A DNA stretch of 64,000 nt from a virus, in the IMG/VR virus record IMGVR_UViG_3300034102_003113; one strand, written 5' to 3'. Each line of letters begins with the position of its first letter. Position 1 is the stretch's first letter. The notes under the pieces were generated by a model. It was not told where the DNA came from and did no database searches. It saw only the letters and a program-made list of their open reading frames with translations. The translations under genes and the position numbers were made by a program. Below, one piece after another: positions 33,307 to 43,224 of this stretch.

Positions 33307-36300
33307 TATTTTAACTTTCCTCCAGCGAGTGTCTTGGGACAGAAGTCTAAGGAATACTTACCCTCAAATGGCAGAGCAAATTTCTTACATTTAATGATAT
33401 TCATGCATATCTGATATTCAAATGGAGAGTCGAACATTGCACAATTAAACTCTGTATTTTTTTCTAATCTTGCTCTTATTCCTTCAATAACTCCAAATTC
33501 TGTATTATTATATTCGCTAAGTTCACCTCCTCCAGAATCAAAAACAAGAGGAGTGGAGAAGATCTGGGATGTTATTGGTTCGCCTTTGTTCCCAAATCCT
33601 TCTAGTTTCTGGCCAAGTAGCGATACGTAAGTAGAAGGCGTATTATATTGCGATGTAGAAACGAAAGATTTAGAAGGTTTGAAGTCTACAAAAGAACCTA
33701 GAGGTCTGTCTATAGAAATCGCGGTTGGTGAGACACCAGGAATTGATTTATACTCTTCTGGGAAGAGAGATTTATTTAGTTCTGTTACGCATCTCTCAGC
33801 AACTCCTTCATATAGTTCTTGGCAGTCATTTCCACCAAATCTCTGACAGGAAGTCACAGGATCGAATTGACCTAATAACTCTTGTGGTATTGGCGTTTCA
33901 AACGTACTTTGTTGCTTGTATGAAACTCCAAGGATATTAGAGGTGATCTTATCTGTCATTCCCTCTTCATCGAGGTAAATGCCAGGTACTTTGTATTCTA
34001 ACGAAGGGACTTTAATGTCAGTAGGTGGAGTCTCGTAGGCAGAAACAGGTTGCCATGAAGTCGTTTTATTAGATGCATTAATAAGACTAGAGGACTCATC
34101 TGTCTGATTTATTAAATTTATTAACTTATTCCCCTCGGCAAACTTTATAAAGTTATTGATTAGACTCGAGGTTGCATCTTTGGAGAGATTCTCGATAGTT
34201 GAGGTAGAGACTGTTCCTTGGGTAAATAAGACTCTATACTGTTCTGCAGTTATTGAGTTGGTTGCTGGAATCCTATTAGGTAGTCTGGAGTTTCCAATAC
34301 CCGGTGATTCTAGGATCGGAGCATTACCAGCAAACCCCTTAATTGCTATTAGATTTTCCTCATCGACAGAGGACAATAATTGAGATACAGTGTCGCTCAA
34401 TGACTCATATGTTTTATTCTGAGCATTTAAAAGTGTCTGTAATCTTTCATTTTTGTCCGATGTGTATGTATAGTCTAAGTTTGATTCAAAGATAATATTG
34501 ATGATATTAATAGCTTCTACAGCGCTCTCCAACCCCTCAAGTAGTGGCAAAATACCAAGTGATGGAGAAGTAGATTCTAACTTAAAATTATTTAATTGAG
34601 TGGAATTCTTATAATACCCAAGTTTTATCCCTAGGCCTGTTATGTTGGCATACTGAATAAATCTTGTAAAATTCCCCCCATTAAACCCATCTAACATCTG
34701 TCCCAATGGAGTTGTTGGCGAAGTTGTACCAAGAATTTGAAGCAACTCCTTTGCTGTCAGTCCAACGGACCGATCATAAAGACCTTTGATAAAATCCACA
34801 GATGGGATGTTACCTAAATTATCTCCAAGTAATTGCGTCCATTGCTTGAGGGCAATGGGAACAGTTTTATTTGTCTGTGGATAGGTCAGATCTGGTGATG
34901 AGAAAGGATCAAAGTAGTTACCTTGTATAATCTGATTGATGATTGGCTGAAGTAATTCAATGTTATCTCTAGACTTGATAATGCTATCTTGCCCAGATTC
35001 AAAGAGATACGTAATCGACTCAAGTAGAGTGAGATTATTTTGCCCAAGAATCTTTGTAAACTTTATGAGTTGATTTGGATCTATTGCATAAGTAAGTCCT
35101 ATGAGCAAACCAACTAACTTAGGATATTGACTGATCTGAACATAAGTAGCTTTAGATTTATCCTTTTGAGCGATGGAAAGTATATTGAGTAAACCATCAA
35201 TATCAGAGGTTGAGTATAGGAAAGACAGATAGGCGTTTATTCCGTCCTCTCCTCCTATTTCATAGATCAACTGAGATAACTCAAAGCCTTTTAAGAACGA
35301 CTTAAGGTCATCTGAGTCAGATAATGGTGCAAAAGACGATACCAACTCTGCAAAACTATTTGCTTGAAGAAGGTTGTTGATTTCCGAGTCTTTAAATCCT
35401 AGAGATCTAAGAAAACTAATAATTGATGTGTTCTGAGATTGGAAGGATTTATTTGAGATATTTGGTATATATGAGAACGAAGATATACTGAGCTTTTTAA
35501 TTGTATCTATTATGCTATTTATTTGCTCACTAATAGCGGATGAGACTTTTAAAATAAACTCTAGTGACTTGCCTGGTAATTGTGAATAGATAAATGTCTT
35601 AGAGAGACTTGAATACGACTCGAGTAGGAATTTAATGCTTCCAGACAACCCAGGAGCTACTCCTGGTCCTAGGTCATTTATGTAAGGACTTGGTGGAAAG
35701 ACTCTTTGCAACTCTTTGAGTTGTGGTTCTATAGAACCCAAACCATCGTACCCTTTAAGTTTTCCTCTATCATCTAGGGAGTCAAGCGTAGCTTTAACTA
35801 AATCTCCTAGATAAAGATATCTATTATATAGAGTCTCTAGGCTAGAGAGAAGAAGATCAAGTTCGGGTGTTAAAGTGTAACTATCTTTTTTAATTTTAGG
35901 GACATATCTATCCTTGACTCCGTTCTTGAACTGGGTGTAAACTGGGTTGTAATTGATCGTCTGTTTTGAAATGTCAATACCATCTCCAATCTGCTGACCA
36001 TGGACAAACGACTTGAGTTTTAAGAATCCCTTTAGGAAATTTAGACCAGGGATTCTATTTGTTGTTATTTTAGATACAAATAATATATCGAATCTTCCGA
36101 ATGATGTTTGATTGTTGATAATTTCAAACATATTACCTTCGTTTCTACCATAGGCGCATGCGAGTAGGTACTCTGAGTACTTTGTAATATATTCAATCCC
36201 GCCCACAATAGACCCTTCATATGATCCGAAGTAGTCCCCAAGCGCTTTTAGTCTCTTAATCGAACTAAAAAGTGCTTTACCCTCACCACCAAATGTTGTG

Positions 36301-37202
36301 GAGAGAAGGTCTTCATTTACAATAACTGGGACAGAATACTCCTCAACTTTTGAATCTGAAGAAATTGAGTTGATATCAAATCCATTTTCTAAAAACCCAA
36401 CATAATATTGCTCGATGTTTTTATTAAAAACTTCTTTGAATTTACTTAATGAATTAAGTCTCTTGGATGTGTATTTGGTCCACTGATCAGGTTCAAATGT
36501 CTCTCGTGAGGGAGAAGAAACATCAGAGTTTAATTTGTACAATTCGCCATTGTAGATGATTAAATCATCGTAGTTGATTGCTAAGCGATATGACGGTTTG
36601 CCAATGCGCCCTGCGACTCTATTATAACTCAGGGGTGAGTATGATGTTGTGTCTGAAAGTTGCTGAAAAGTTTCCCAATACCTCTCTTTAGGAAAAAGAG
36701 TATAGAGTTTTCTTTCATTCTCATCTACTTGCTTAGGTGAAAAGTAAAATTGATCTTCAGAATACTGGTATTGTTCTGGAGTCTGGAGGATATCAAAAAC
36801 AGATGACGCAGAGAAAAAATTAATATCTGAGACGGACTCTTTAATTAACCTACCATATTCCTTTATGCTTCTTAAGAACTCTGTGTATTCACCAGGAAGT
36901 TCTTGTGTATAAGTCTCTATTGTTTCAATAATCGACTCAAATAATTCCACAGGGTACGGTTGGCCGATACCCACCGCGAACAGTCCTTCAAGGATGATTA
37001 TTTTGAATGGGTCGATGGTAACAGGATCAGAGTTATCTATACGCTCAATGATCAGCGGAAATAATCTGCTAACAACCTTTTCCAGGTCTTTACGTTGTTT
37101 GTCTGTTTTAAACGTCCCATACTTTCTCTCATACAGGGAAAATCCCTGAGAGATAACCAAAGAGATCCTAGGACTCAGTATTTCTATCAGAGACGAACTC
37201 AT
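33306..37202 (-). CDS. 1298-aa protein of unknown function
   Basis: Long ORF, Ser/Leu/Ile-rich, Cys-rich C-terminus, late-type motif upstream. Confidence 0.8.
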   Translation of the reverse strand: MSSSLIEILSPRISLVISQGFSLYERKYGTFKTDKQRKDLEKVVSRLFPLIIERIDNSDPVTIDPFKIIILEGLFAVGIGQPYPVELFESIIETIETYTQELPGEYTEFLRSIKEYGRLIKESVSDINFFSASSVFDILQTPEQYQYSEDQFYFSPKQVDENERKLYTLFPKERYWETFQQLSDTTSYSPLSYNRVAGRIGKPSYRLAINYDDLIIYNGELYKLNSDVSSPSRETFEPDQWTKYTSKRLNSLSKFKEVFNKNIEQYYVGFLENGFDINSISSDSKVEEYSVPVIVNEDLLSTTFGGEGKALFSSIKRLKALGDYFGSYEGSIVGGIEYITKYSEYLLACAYGRNEGNMFEIINNQTSFGRFDILFVSKITTNRIPGLNFLKGFLKLKSFVHGQQIGDGIDISKQTINYNPVYTQFKNGVKDRYVPKIKKDSYTLTPELDLLLSSLETLYNRYLYLGDLVKATLDSLDDRGKLKGYDGLGSIEPQLKELQRVFPPSPYINDLGPGVAPGLSGSIKFLLESYSSLSKTFIYSQLPGKSLEFILKVSSAISEQINSIIDTIKKLSISSFSYIPNISNKSFQSQNTSIISFLRSLGFKDSEINNLLQANSFAELVSSFAPLSDSDDLKSFLKGFELSQLIYEIGGEDGINAYLSFLYSTSDIDGLLNILSIAQKDKSKATYVQISQYPKLVGLLIGLTYAIDPNQLIKFTKILGQNNLTLLESITYLFESGQDSIIKSRDNIELLQPIINQIIQGNYFDPFSSPDLTYPQTNKTVPIALKQWTQLLGDNLGNIPSVDFIKGLYDRSVGLTAKELLQILGTTSPTTPLGQMLDGFNGGNFTRFIQYANITGLGIKLGYYKNSTQLNNFKLESTSPSLGILPLLEGLESAVEAINIINIIFESNLDYTYTSDKNERLQTLLNAQNKTYESLSDTVSQLLSSVDEENLIAIKGFAGNAPILESPGIGNSRLPNRIPATNSITAEQYRVLFTQGTVSTSTIENLSKDATSSLINNFIKFAEGNKLINLINQTDESSSLINASNKTTSWQPVSAYETPPTDIKVPSLEYKVPGIYLDEEGMTDKITSNILGVSYKQQSTFETPIPQELLGQFDPVTSCQRFGGNDCQELYEGVAERCVTELNKSLFPEEYKSIPGVSPTAISIDRPLGSFVDFKPSKSFVSTSQYNTPSTYVSLLGQKLEGFGNKGEPITSQIFSTPLVFDSGGGELSEYNNTEFGVIEGIRARLEKNTEFNCAMFDSPFEYQICMNIIKCKKFALPFEGKYSLDFCPKTLAGGKLK

Positions 37203-37224
37203 CTGCCGCGCTTACTTTTCTAAA

Positions 37225-37245
37225 CTTTAAACTTTAAGTTTAAAG
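37225..37245. promoter_or_regulatory. Back-to-back divergent GTTTAAAG motifs
   Basis: - copy 37225-37232 and + copy 37238-37245, each 22 nt from its start codon. Confidence 0.7.
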
Positions 37246-37267
37246 CTATGGGACTTAAATCGATAAA

Positions 37268-37717
37268 ATGCAATCAAAAATTTCTGTGCTCCTCCTCAAA
37301 GGGAAGAATGTCGATGAGATGTCGGACATGAATAAGATGGCCGTGCATCTAGAGCAGGTGCTTACAGAAAAAGATGGTGTGGATCTAAAAACAAGGCAGG
37401 GATTAACCGATCCGGCTATCAAATCTTCAGATTTTATCGTGTTCTGCGGGTATGATTGTGGGATACTAGGAGAATTTTTTAAAGCTCTGAGCGTTATTGA
37501 GTCCCTAGACGGTAAAGAAGGCCCAGTGCTTTTCCTTTATGAAGAACCTGGTAATTCTATTTATGAGCATCTCAACCGAGTTTTAACGTCCGGCATGGAT
37601 CTTAAAAGAATTGAGTCTAAGGTTTTTGACAAAATCATCGACACTAACACCTATCGTGATATAATAGGCTATATCGACGTCTCTCTGCGTAAACTTGGAA
37701 CTTCAGCAGTTAATTAG
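37268..37717 (+). CDS. Degenerate LOG/SLOG-fold protein
   Basis: SDFIVFCGYDCGILGEFF...GPVLFL...IYEHL parallels LOG SDAFIALPGGxGTLEELF...KPI.LL...YYD.L. Confidence 0.45.
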   Translation: MQSKISVLLLKGKNVDEMSDMNKMAVHLEQVLTEKDGVDLKTRQGLTDPAIKSSDFIVFCGYDCGILGEFFKALSVIESLDGKEGPVLFLYEEPGNSIYEHLNRVLTSGMDLKRIESKVFDKIIDTNTYRDIIGYIDVSLRKLGTSAVN

Positions 37718-38672
37718 TATTGCTTCAGAGCTTAGGACAGAATCGGCCTACGAAACCATCTTAGACAAACTGATCGAGTATGATCGTTGGAAGACTGAAG
37801 CTACATTCATCCATGAATTAAAACTAGAGGAAATCAGACAAAGTTCCTCTGGACAACGTCGGTCTATTCCATCAAAACTTGAGTCGGAGTTCTCTGATGA
37901 AGATAAAAAGTTTAATATTATCAGTTCATATGGTGCCTGCGTTGATAAGCATCTAGGATTGATTTCTAAAACTAAAGTTTGGGAAGGTGCAAATGAACGT
38001 TCCTCGCGATTATTTGAAGATTGGTATTCCCACATCCAAGATAATAACATCATCCCACTCAAAGACCTTAAAGAAGGTAGAATTAAGACCTTACTCTTGG
38101 CCTTTTTATGGGCCTCGGGATGCGCGCATAGAGCCAATAAGTGGCCAGAAGCCTCTGATGCCCACTTCACAGAAGCGCTTAAAAAAGACCTAAACGAGAG
38201 ATTCTCTAAATTCAGTCGGCATAGCATTGTAGCAGCTTATGAATCCCTTAAAGTCTTCTGGAAAGAGATCAATGACTATGAGCAATGTCCATTCAACGTA
38301 ACGCTCATAGGCGATATTTTAGATGATGCGTATCAATATGTCTCGGAAAAAACTACAGAGGAGAATAAGCACGATATTAAAAACTCGCCATTATTCTCTG
38401 AATTTGAAAAAACTTTCTCCTATGTCCCTTTGGAAACATTGGAAAAATACTATACGAAGAATCGCAAGAACTTTGTAGCTGCGGGAGTGGGGGCCTTGCG
38501 AAAAGTCTTCACTACCCACCTACCAGAGGAGTTGGAGCATCGATACTCAACAACTGAGTGGCCAAAGAAATGGCATCTTCATATTGCCTCATTTGAAGAG
38601 AAGTGGCAACAACAACTTTATGATATTATGAACTCTATTCGCGAGGATCAAGAAAAATGGAAAAAGGCATAA
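37695..38672 (+). CDS. Hypothetical protein
   Basis: 325 aa, TTG start, TGATATAAT at 37657-37665. Confidence 0.7.
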   Translation: MELQQLISIASELRTESAYETILDKLIEYDRWKTEATFIHELKLEEIRQSSSGQRRSIPSKLESEFSDEDKKFNIISSYGACVDKHLGLISKTKVWEGANERSSRLFEDWYSHIQDNNIIPLKDLKEGRIKTLLLAFLWASGCAHRANKWPEASDAHFTEALKKDLNERFSKFSRHSIVAAYESLKVFWKEINDYEQCPFNVTLIGDILDDAYQYVSEKTTEENKHDIKNSPLFSEFEKTFSYVPLETLEKYYTKNRKNFVAAGVGALRKVFTTHLPEELEHRYSTTEWPKKWHLHIASFEEKWQQQLYDIMNSIREDQEKWKKA

Positions 38673-38848
38673 ACATTCTAACATTGGGGCAAAATGTAAT
38701 CGTCGATGGAGCAGAAGAAGCCATCCAACGCTACGAGAATGGTGAGATCTCCGCCGAAGAACTCCGCGACATCATCCTTGATTTAGATGTAGTCTATATC
38801 GATCAGTCTAAGTTTAAAGATAGAAAAGATGATAAACCCTTAGAGTAG
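38657..38848 (+). CDS. Hypothetical protein
   Basis: 63 aa; GAGGA upstream. Confidence 0.55.
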   Translation: MEKGINILTLGQNVIVDGAEEAIQRYENGEISAEELRDIILDLDVVYIDQSKFKDRKDDKPLE

Positions 38849-38856
38849 GTAAAAGA

Positions 38857-40791
38857 ATGGCCGACGACCGCCCTTCAATAACAAAACCAAAGACTGGATA
38901 TTATGACAGATACTTCGGTCTAGGAGTAGGTCAGGGTGGTCTTGCGGGGTATAAGGCCGATCCTTATGCCTTTGCTGGTAATGGATACATCACAGGTGGC
39001 ACAATCCTTCCTCGCCGTGATGATGTTCTAATTGAGGAAGGTGGTGGCGGGCCTCGAGCAATCGAGAAATACATGCGACTGTTTAACGACAGTCAAATTA
39101 TCTCTGCGTGGGAAAAACTAACCGGGGAGATTATTCAGCGGAAGTGGGAAGTTGATCCTGCGAGTCCCTCCGATCGTGATGAGGAGGTAGCAGAATTTGT
39201 CCGTCAAGTGCTTTACCGCATGGGGACTAATACTCGCCAAGCATATGGCAAGGAGATGCTTGTCAGTTCTAACTCTGCTTTTGATACGTTTATCAGAGGG
39301 TTATGTGAATCTCTGATTCTTGGTATCAGCATTGGTGAGATTTGCTGGATGCGCCAAGGAAACTACATTGTCCCATCGGAAGTAAAGATTCGTGACCCAC
39401 GTAGGTTCTTATTTGTCCTTAATGAGGATGGCACAATCTCCCCACGCCTTCTCACTGTGGAAAGTTCGGTAGAAGGGATTGCGTTACCCCTCCGCTCTAT
39501 GGTCATTCATAGACACTGGACCTATAGTAATTTTATGGATCCGTATGGCACGGGTCTTGGTCGCCAACTCTACAGTCTTGTGGAGTTCAGACGGACGCTA
39601 ATGTCCTTCTGGTTACAGTATGCTGATAAGCACACAACCCCTACCGCAGTTGGTAAATTCTCTCTTGGCACCCCAGAAGATGAGGTAAATTCACTCTTTA
39701 CTGCTCTCCAACGTCTTGGTCAAGAAACAGCAATTGTTATCCCAGACGAGATGGATATCAAGTGGCTAGAGAGCCAAGGTCGTTCTGAAGTATATGAAAA
39801 ACTTATTGACTACGTCGATCAGCAGATTAGTTTTGTAATCAACGGTGAGAATACAGTAGGCCAGGAGACAGGCAATGTCGGATCGTATGCTCGTGATCAG
39901 ATCTCTGATTCGGTTCGGATGCGTAAGGCTAAAGCGTTTTCGGAAGAACTTGACGAGACGCTTAATGCAACTCTTATTCGCTGGATTGTTGAACTTAACT
40001 ATCCAGGGGCACCGGTTCCTAGACTTCGTAGAAGCTTTGATGATCTAGAGCAACGCGAAGATCCAGTTAAGATCGTGCAAATGCTCACCCAGCTCCAGGC
40101 CATTGGGTACGAGGTCAAAGACCTTGATTGGGTAAGGGATAAGCTTGAGATTCCATCTCTGGCTAAGGTAGATATGAATCAGATGATGGGCGGAGCACCT
40201 GGTGGTATGCCTCCTGGAACTCAACAGGCACCAATGGCCGAGGATAAAAACCCAGAGGACGTTGAAAATGGTTCTATGGGAGCATTCGGAGCCGATCCTG
40301 GTGCCCATCTCGAGTTGTTTGACTTCTCCGAGTTTGATGAAGATAATGACCTTGATGACAAAACCAAGAAGGACAAGGTTGCTAAGATCATTGCCTCCAA
40401 ATTCGATGGTGGACTCGATGATGTTGGTTTCCAGAGAATTATCTCGACAGGGGATTCGGAAGCGGACGCCTCTAACTCCAGACTCCATATTGATGAGTAC
40501 ACTTCACCCGGTGAGATCGCCCACGGAGCCCGTAGACTCATCGAAGAGATTAAGAAAGTTCCTTACATTCTCCCAGAAGACTCCATGCTGAGTTCCTCAT
40601 TCGAGATGGAGTTGGCCTCTATTGAAGCCCAGGTGAGGGTGGATCGGATTAATGGGTGCGATGTTCAACGCCTTATTGACCTCTACAAGAAGATTTACCG
40701 TCTTGACCGCAAGGTGGTGTACAAAGAATGCGTTGTGGTGGATTGCCAAAAGGCCGGATATATGAAGTACTTCGCTCCATACTTTATGTAG
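38857..40791 (+). CDS. Portal protein (DUF935 / Mu gp29-like)
   Basis: WEVDPAS, GISIGEICW, PYGTGLGR.LY, WLQYADKH..P..VGK, AIVIPDEM.I, GSYA...S.VR, TLIRWIVELN; GTTTAAAG at 38812-38819. Confidence 0.88.
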   Translation: MADDRPSITKPKTGYYDRYFGLGVGQGGLAGYKADPYAFAGNGYITGGTILPRRDDVLIEEGGGGPRAIEKYMRLFNDSQIISAWEKLTGEIIQRKWEVDPASPSDRDEEVAEFVRQVLYRMGTNTRQAYGKEMLVSSNSAFDTFIRGLCESLILGISIGEICWMRQGNYIVPSEVKIRDPRRFLFVLNEDGTISPRLLTVESSVEGIALPLRSMVIHRHWTYSNFMDPYGTGLGRQLYSLVEFRRTLMSFWLQYADKHTTPTAVGKFSLGTPEDEVNSLFTALQRLGQETAIVIPDEMDIKWLESQGRSEVYEKLIDYVDQQISFVINGENTVGQETGNVGSYARDQISDSVRMRKAKAFSEELDETLNATLIRWIVELNYPGAPVPRLRRSFDDLEQREDPVKIVQMLTQLQAIGYEVKDLDWVRDKLEIPSLAKVDMNQMMGGAPGGMPPGTQQAPMAEDKNPEDVENGSMGAFGADPGAHLELFDFSEFDEDNDLDDKTKKDKVAKIIASKFDGGLDDVGFQRIISTGDSEADASNSRLHIDEYTSPGEIAHGARRLIEEIKKVPYILPEDSMLSSSFEMELASIEAQVRVDRINGCDVQRLIDLYKKIYRLDRKVVYKECVVVDCQKAGYMKYFAPYFM

Positions 40792-40840
40792 TAGGGCTTA
40801 GTTTAAATATACATTAGATATAACGTTTAGTTATCCCATC

Positions 40841-41269
40841 ATGTTAAATTATAAGCCCGTAGCTCAATCACAATTTTGGATTCAGGCTTCTCCCTTCGCC
40901 CACTATTTCACAAATTTTAGTGGCATCAGAGACACTGCTGGAACCTCCCAATACGCTGACGGTGTAAGAGGCCGTATTTTCAACCTTCGCGGACCTCGCA
41001 CCCTCTCCGAAGTTACTCTTTCTGTACCTTTCGATCCCGAAAAGCACGCTGATATCGTCGACTTCTGGAAGGCCTATGGTTGTGAGTTCGTAACTCTAAC
41101 CATCACTCCCGTCTCTTGCGGTGAAGACCCTCAACCCCTCGGTCAACGCACCATCACCATTCCCGATGCTCAGATGACAAGTCTTAACTTCGGCGCCGCG
41201 GATCGTACCTCATCCAACCCTGCAACCATCGAACTTACGTTCGTAATGGACACATTCACTTATAACTGA
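40841..41269 (+). CDS. Tail tube protein
   Basis: 142 aa; FTNFSG...SEVTLS.PFDP...ADRTSSNPATIELTF; late-type motif at 40801. Confidence 0.65.
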   Translation: MLNYKPVAQSQFWIQASPFAHYFTNFSGIRDTAGTSQYADGVRGRIFNLRGPRTLSEVTLSVPFDPEKHADIVDFWKAYGCEFVTLTITPVSCGEDPQPLGQRTITIPDAQMTSLNFGAADRTSSNPATIELTFVMDTFTYN

Positions 41270-41291
41270 TCGCTATTTGAGAGGTTGAAGT

Positions 41292-42365
41292 ATGTCTCTC
41301 TCCAACCTCTACTTTCGCGGGTGCTTTGAGCAACCCTCTCAAGAGCAGATTGATGCCATTGAGGGGATAGATGGTGGGAACGTTGAAACAGGCGTAGTAG
41401 ATAGGTCTTGTGCCAGAGAAGACCTGAATACTTGTGGGATTAGTATTCAAGAGTTATTTGACACGTACTCTATCTACTCAACGCAGAAGGGGTTATATAA
41501 GACGTGGGGGGAGATTGAGTTTCCTTGGGAAATATCTGCCCTCACTCCAGATTTATTTTTTGAACTCACCGATGATAAATGGTCGGTGGGAACGTATCGT
41601 CGTATCACGGCTTACGCTGAAGGCGTAAGAGTCCTTCTCATAGAAGATGATGGGTATGAGGTAGGGTTATACCAGGCAAATCAGGATGTTGTTTCCATCT
41701 CTGGACCATTTGATTATTCAAAATGGGATAAGATCTGCGGAGTAAAAACAACCATTCCCGTAGGATTACCGACAGTAGAGGAGTTACGTGAGAGATACGC
41801 TCCATACGCCCTTGAGTATTTCTATGATGAGTGGGAGGAGGTAGATAGCGCTTGGTCGGAAGGTACGTACGAGTTATCTCTGCAAGATTGCCAGTCTCAA
41901 GGTGGGACTCTCGGAGATTTTGAGAAGTGCATGAGAGACTCCAGCTCAGATGTATGGAAAGACGCGCGTGTAAGAAGGGAATTCTTTTATAAACGTGGAG
42001 ATACTATCCTAGTTGAGGGAGAATGCGAAGATGCAATCTGTGTTTGGATTGCTATTCAAGACATGCCGGCTACTGAGACAATATATAATGAGTATGCCAA
42101 GTTTGCCCCTGGACCATATTGGCAGAAAATATATTGCGTAAATAGTAATAGAAATAAATGTCTCGAGTACCAGAGACAAAAAGAACCGGCTTTAGGCTAC
42201 GATGTTGTTCAAATCGGGTCATTGGGACATTACGTCGAGGTCCCTGTCCCCTATAGATTAAAACCCAACACCCCCAGTCTTGATGAGAGAGCGCAAACTC
42301 GCTCTGCTCCGGTGATCCTTACACAAGACCAAATCGACGCTCTTACCCAACCTACGGAGGAATAA
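41292..42365 (+). CDS. Hypothetical structural protein
   Basis: In the late operon; two aromatic CBM5/12-like segments. Confidence 0.6.
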   Translation: MSLSNLYFRGCFEQPSQEQIDAIEGIDGGNVETGVVDRSCAREDLNTCGISIQELFDTYSIYSTQKGLYKTWGEIEFPWEISALTPDLFFELTDDKWSVGTYRRITAYAEGVRVLLIEDDGYEVGLYQANQDVVSISGPFDYSKWDKICGVKTTIPVGLPTVEELRERYAPYALEYFYDEWEEVDSAWSEGTYELSLQDCQSQGGTLGDFEKCMRDSSSDVWKDARVRREFFYKRGDTILVEGECEDAICVWIAIQDMPATETIYNEYAKFAPGPYWQKIYCVNSNRNKCLEYQRQKEPALGYDVVQIGSLGHYVEVPVPYRLKPNTPSLDERAQTRSAPVILTQDQIDALTQPTEE

Positions 42366-42371
42366 GATATA

Positions 42372-43208
42372 ATGGCAAATGTTTTTGGCGGAGGAGGCGG
42401 TAATTGTGGCACGGGTGGAGTCCAACGTGTCCTACCCACATCTCCTGATGCTACTCAGAGTAACGCTTCTCAGACATTTTCTACACAACCTAATGTCTAC
42501 GCCAAGCCCAAAGCTGGGACGGATGGGATAAATCTTCGTGATTTTTACACCAAGTCGGATATTAATAAGTTCCTTAAGACTAAGGCGGATATTGGTTCGG
42601 TATATGACAAGAGTGAGGTTGACAGTCTACTGGCGGCTTTGCAGGCCAGTGTAAACTCCTCTATCCTACCACTCGTTACAGAAGCAGAGTTGGCTTCTGC
42701 TTTGAGTTCTCTATCACAGACACTTCTAGCAGAGGTACAGAGTAACTACTATACCAAGGATGTTCTATATACAAAATATGAACTAGATATACTTTTTGCG
42801 GATGCAACAACTGACCCAGATGACTTTGTCTCTAAATCCCCAACGCTCCTTCTGCAAAATACAATCGATCCGGGTTCTTCCCAGGCGATTCCACTCACCC
42901 TTGTAGCATCGGAATCTACTCAGGTTGATGTAGTTCAGCAATGGATTGATCACGAGGCAAATTCTATAGGCCGGATTAGAAAATCTGGACAGGTGGAGTT
43001 CTATGGTAATCTGATCCTTGGCGAGAACATCGAGTCTTGGAGACCTGCTCTAGATGCAAGTGAGAGACGGATTGCCGGTGTCGCCGATCCTATTCACACC
43101 CTTGACGCCGTTAACAAGGGATTCATGGAGGATTACGTTACTGAAGTTATTGATAATGTAGTCCAAGGAGATGATAAGAACTATATCATCGACGCTTTAG
43201 TCTATTAA
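42372..43208 (+). CDS. Structural protein with Y(T/D)K repeats
   Basis: FYTKSDI, VYDKSEVD, YYTKD, LYTKYELD; IAGVADP...DAVNKGF fibre-type motif. Confidence 0.6.
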   Translation: MANVFGGGGGNCGTGGVQRVLPTSPDATQSNASQTFSTQPNVYAKPKAGTDGINLRDFYTKSDINKFLKTKADIGSVYDKSEVDSLLAALQASVNSSILPLVTEAELASALSSLSQTLLAEVQSNYYTKDVLYTKYELDILFADATTDPDDFVSKSPTLLLQNTIDPGSSQAIPLTLVASESTQVDVVQQWIDHEANSIGRIRKSGQVEFYGNLILGENIESWRPALDASERRIAGVADPIHTLDAVNKGFMEDYVTEVIDNVVQGDDKNYIIDALVY

Positions 43209-43224
43209 AATATACCACAATCCC

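Noticed and set aside
33306-37202. Tape measure protein or virion RNA polymerase
   Set aside because: No Ala/Gly-rich periodic helical pattern, not next to the tube or chaperones, and no DxDGD or T7-type RNAP motifs seen
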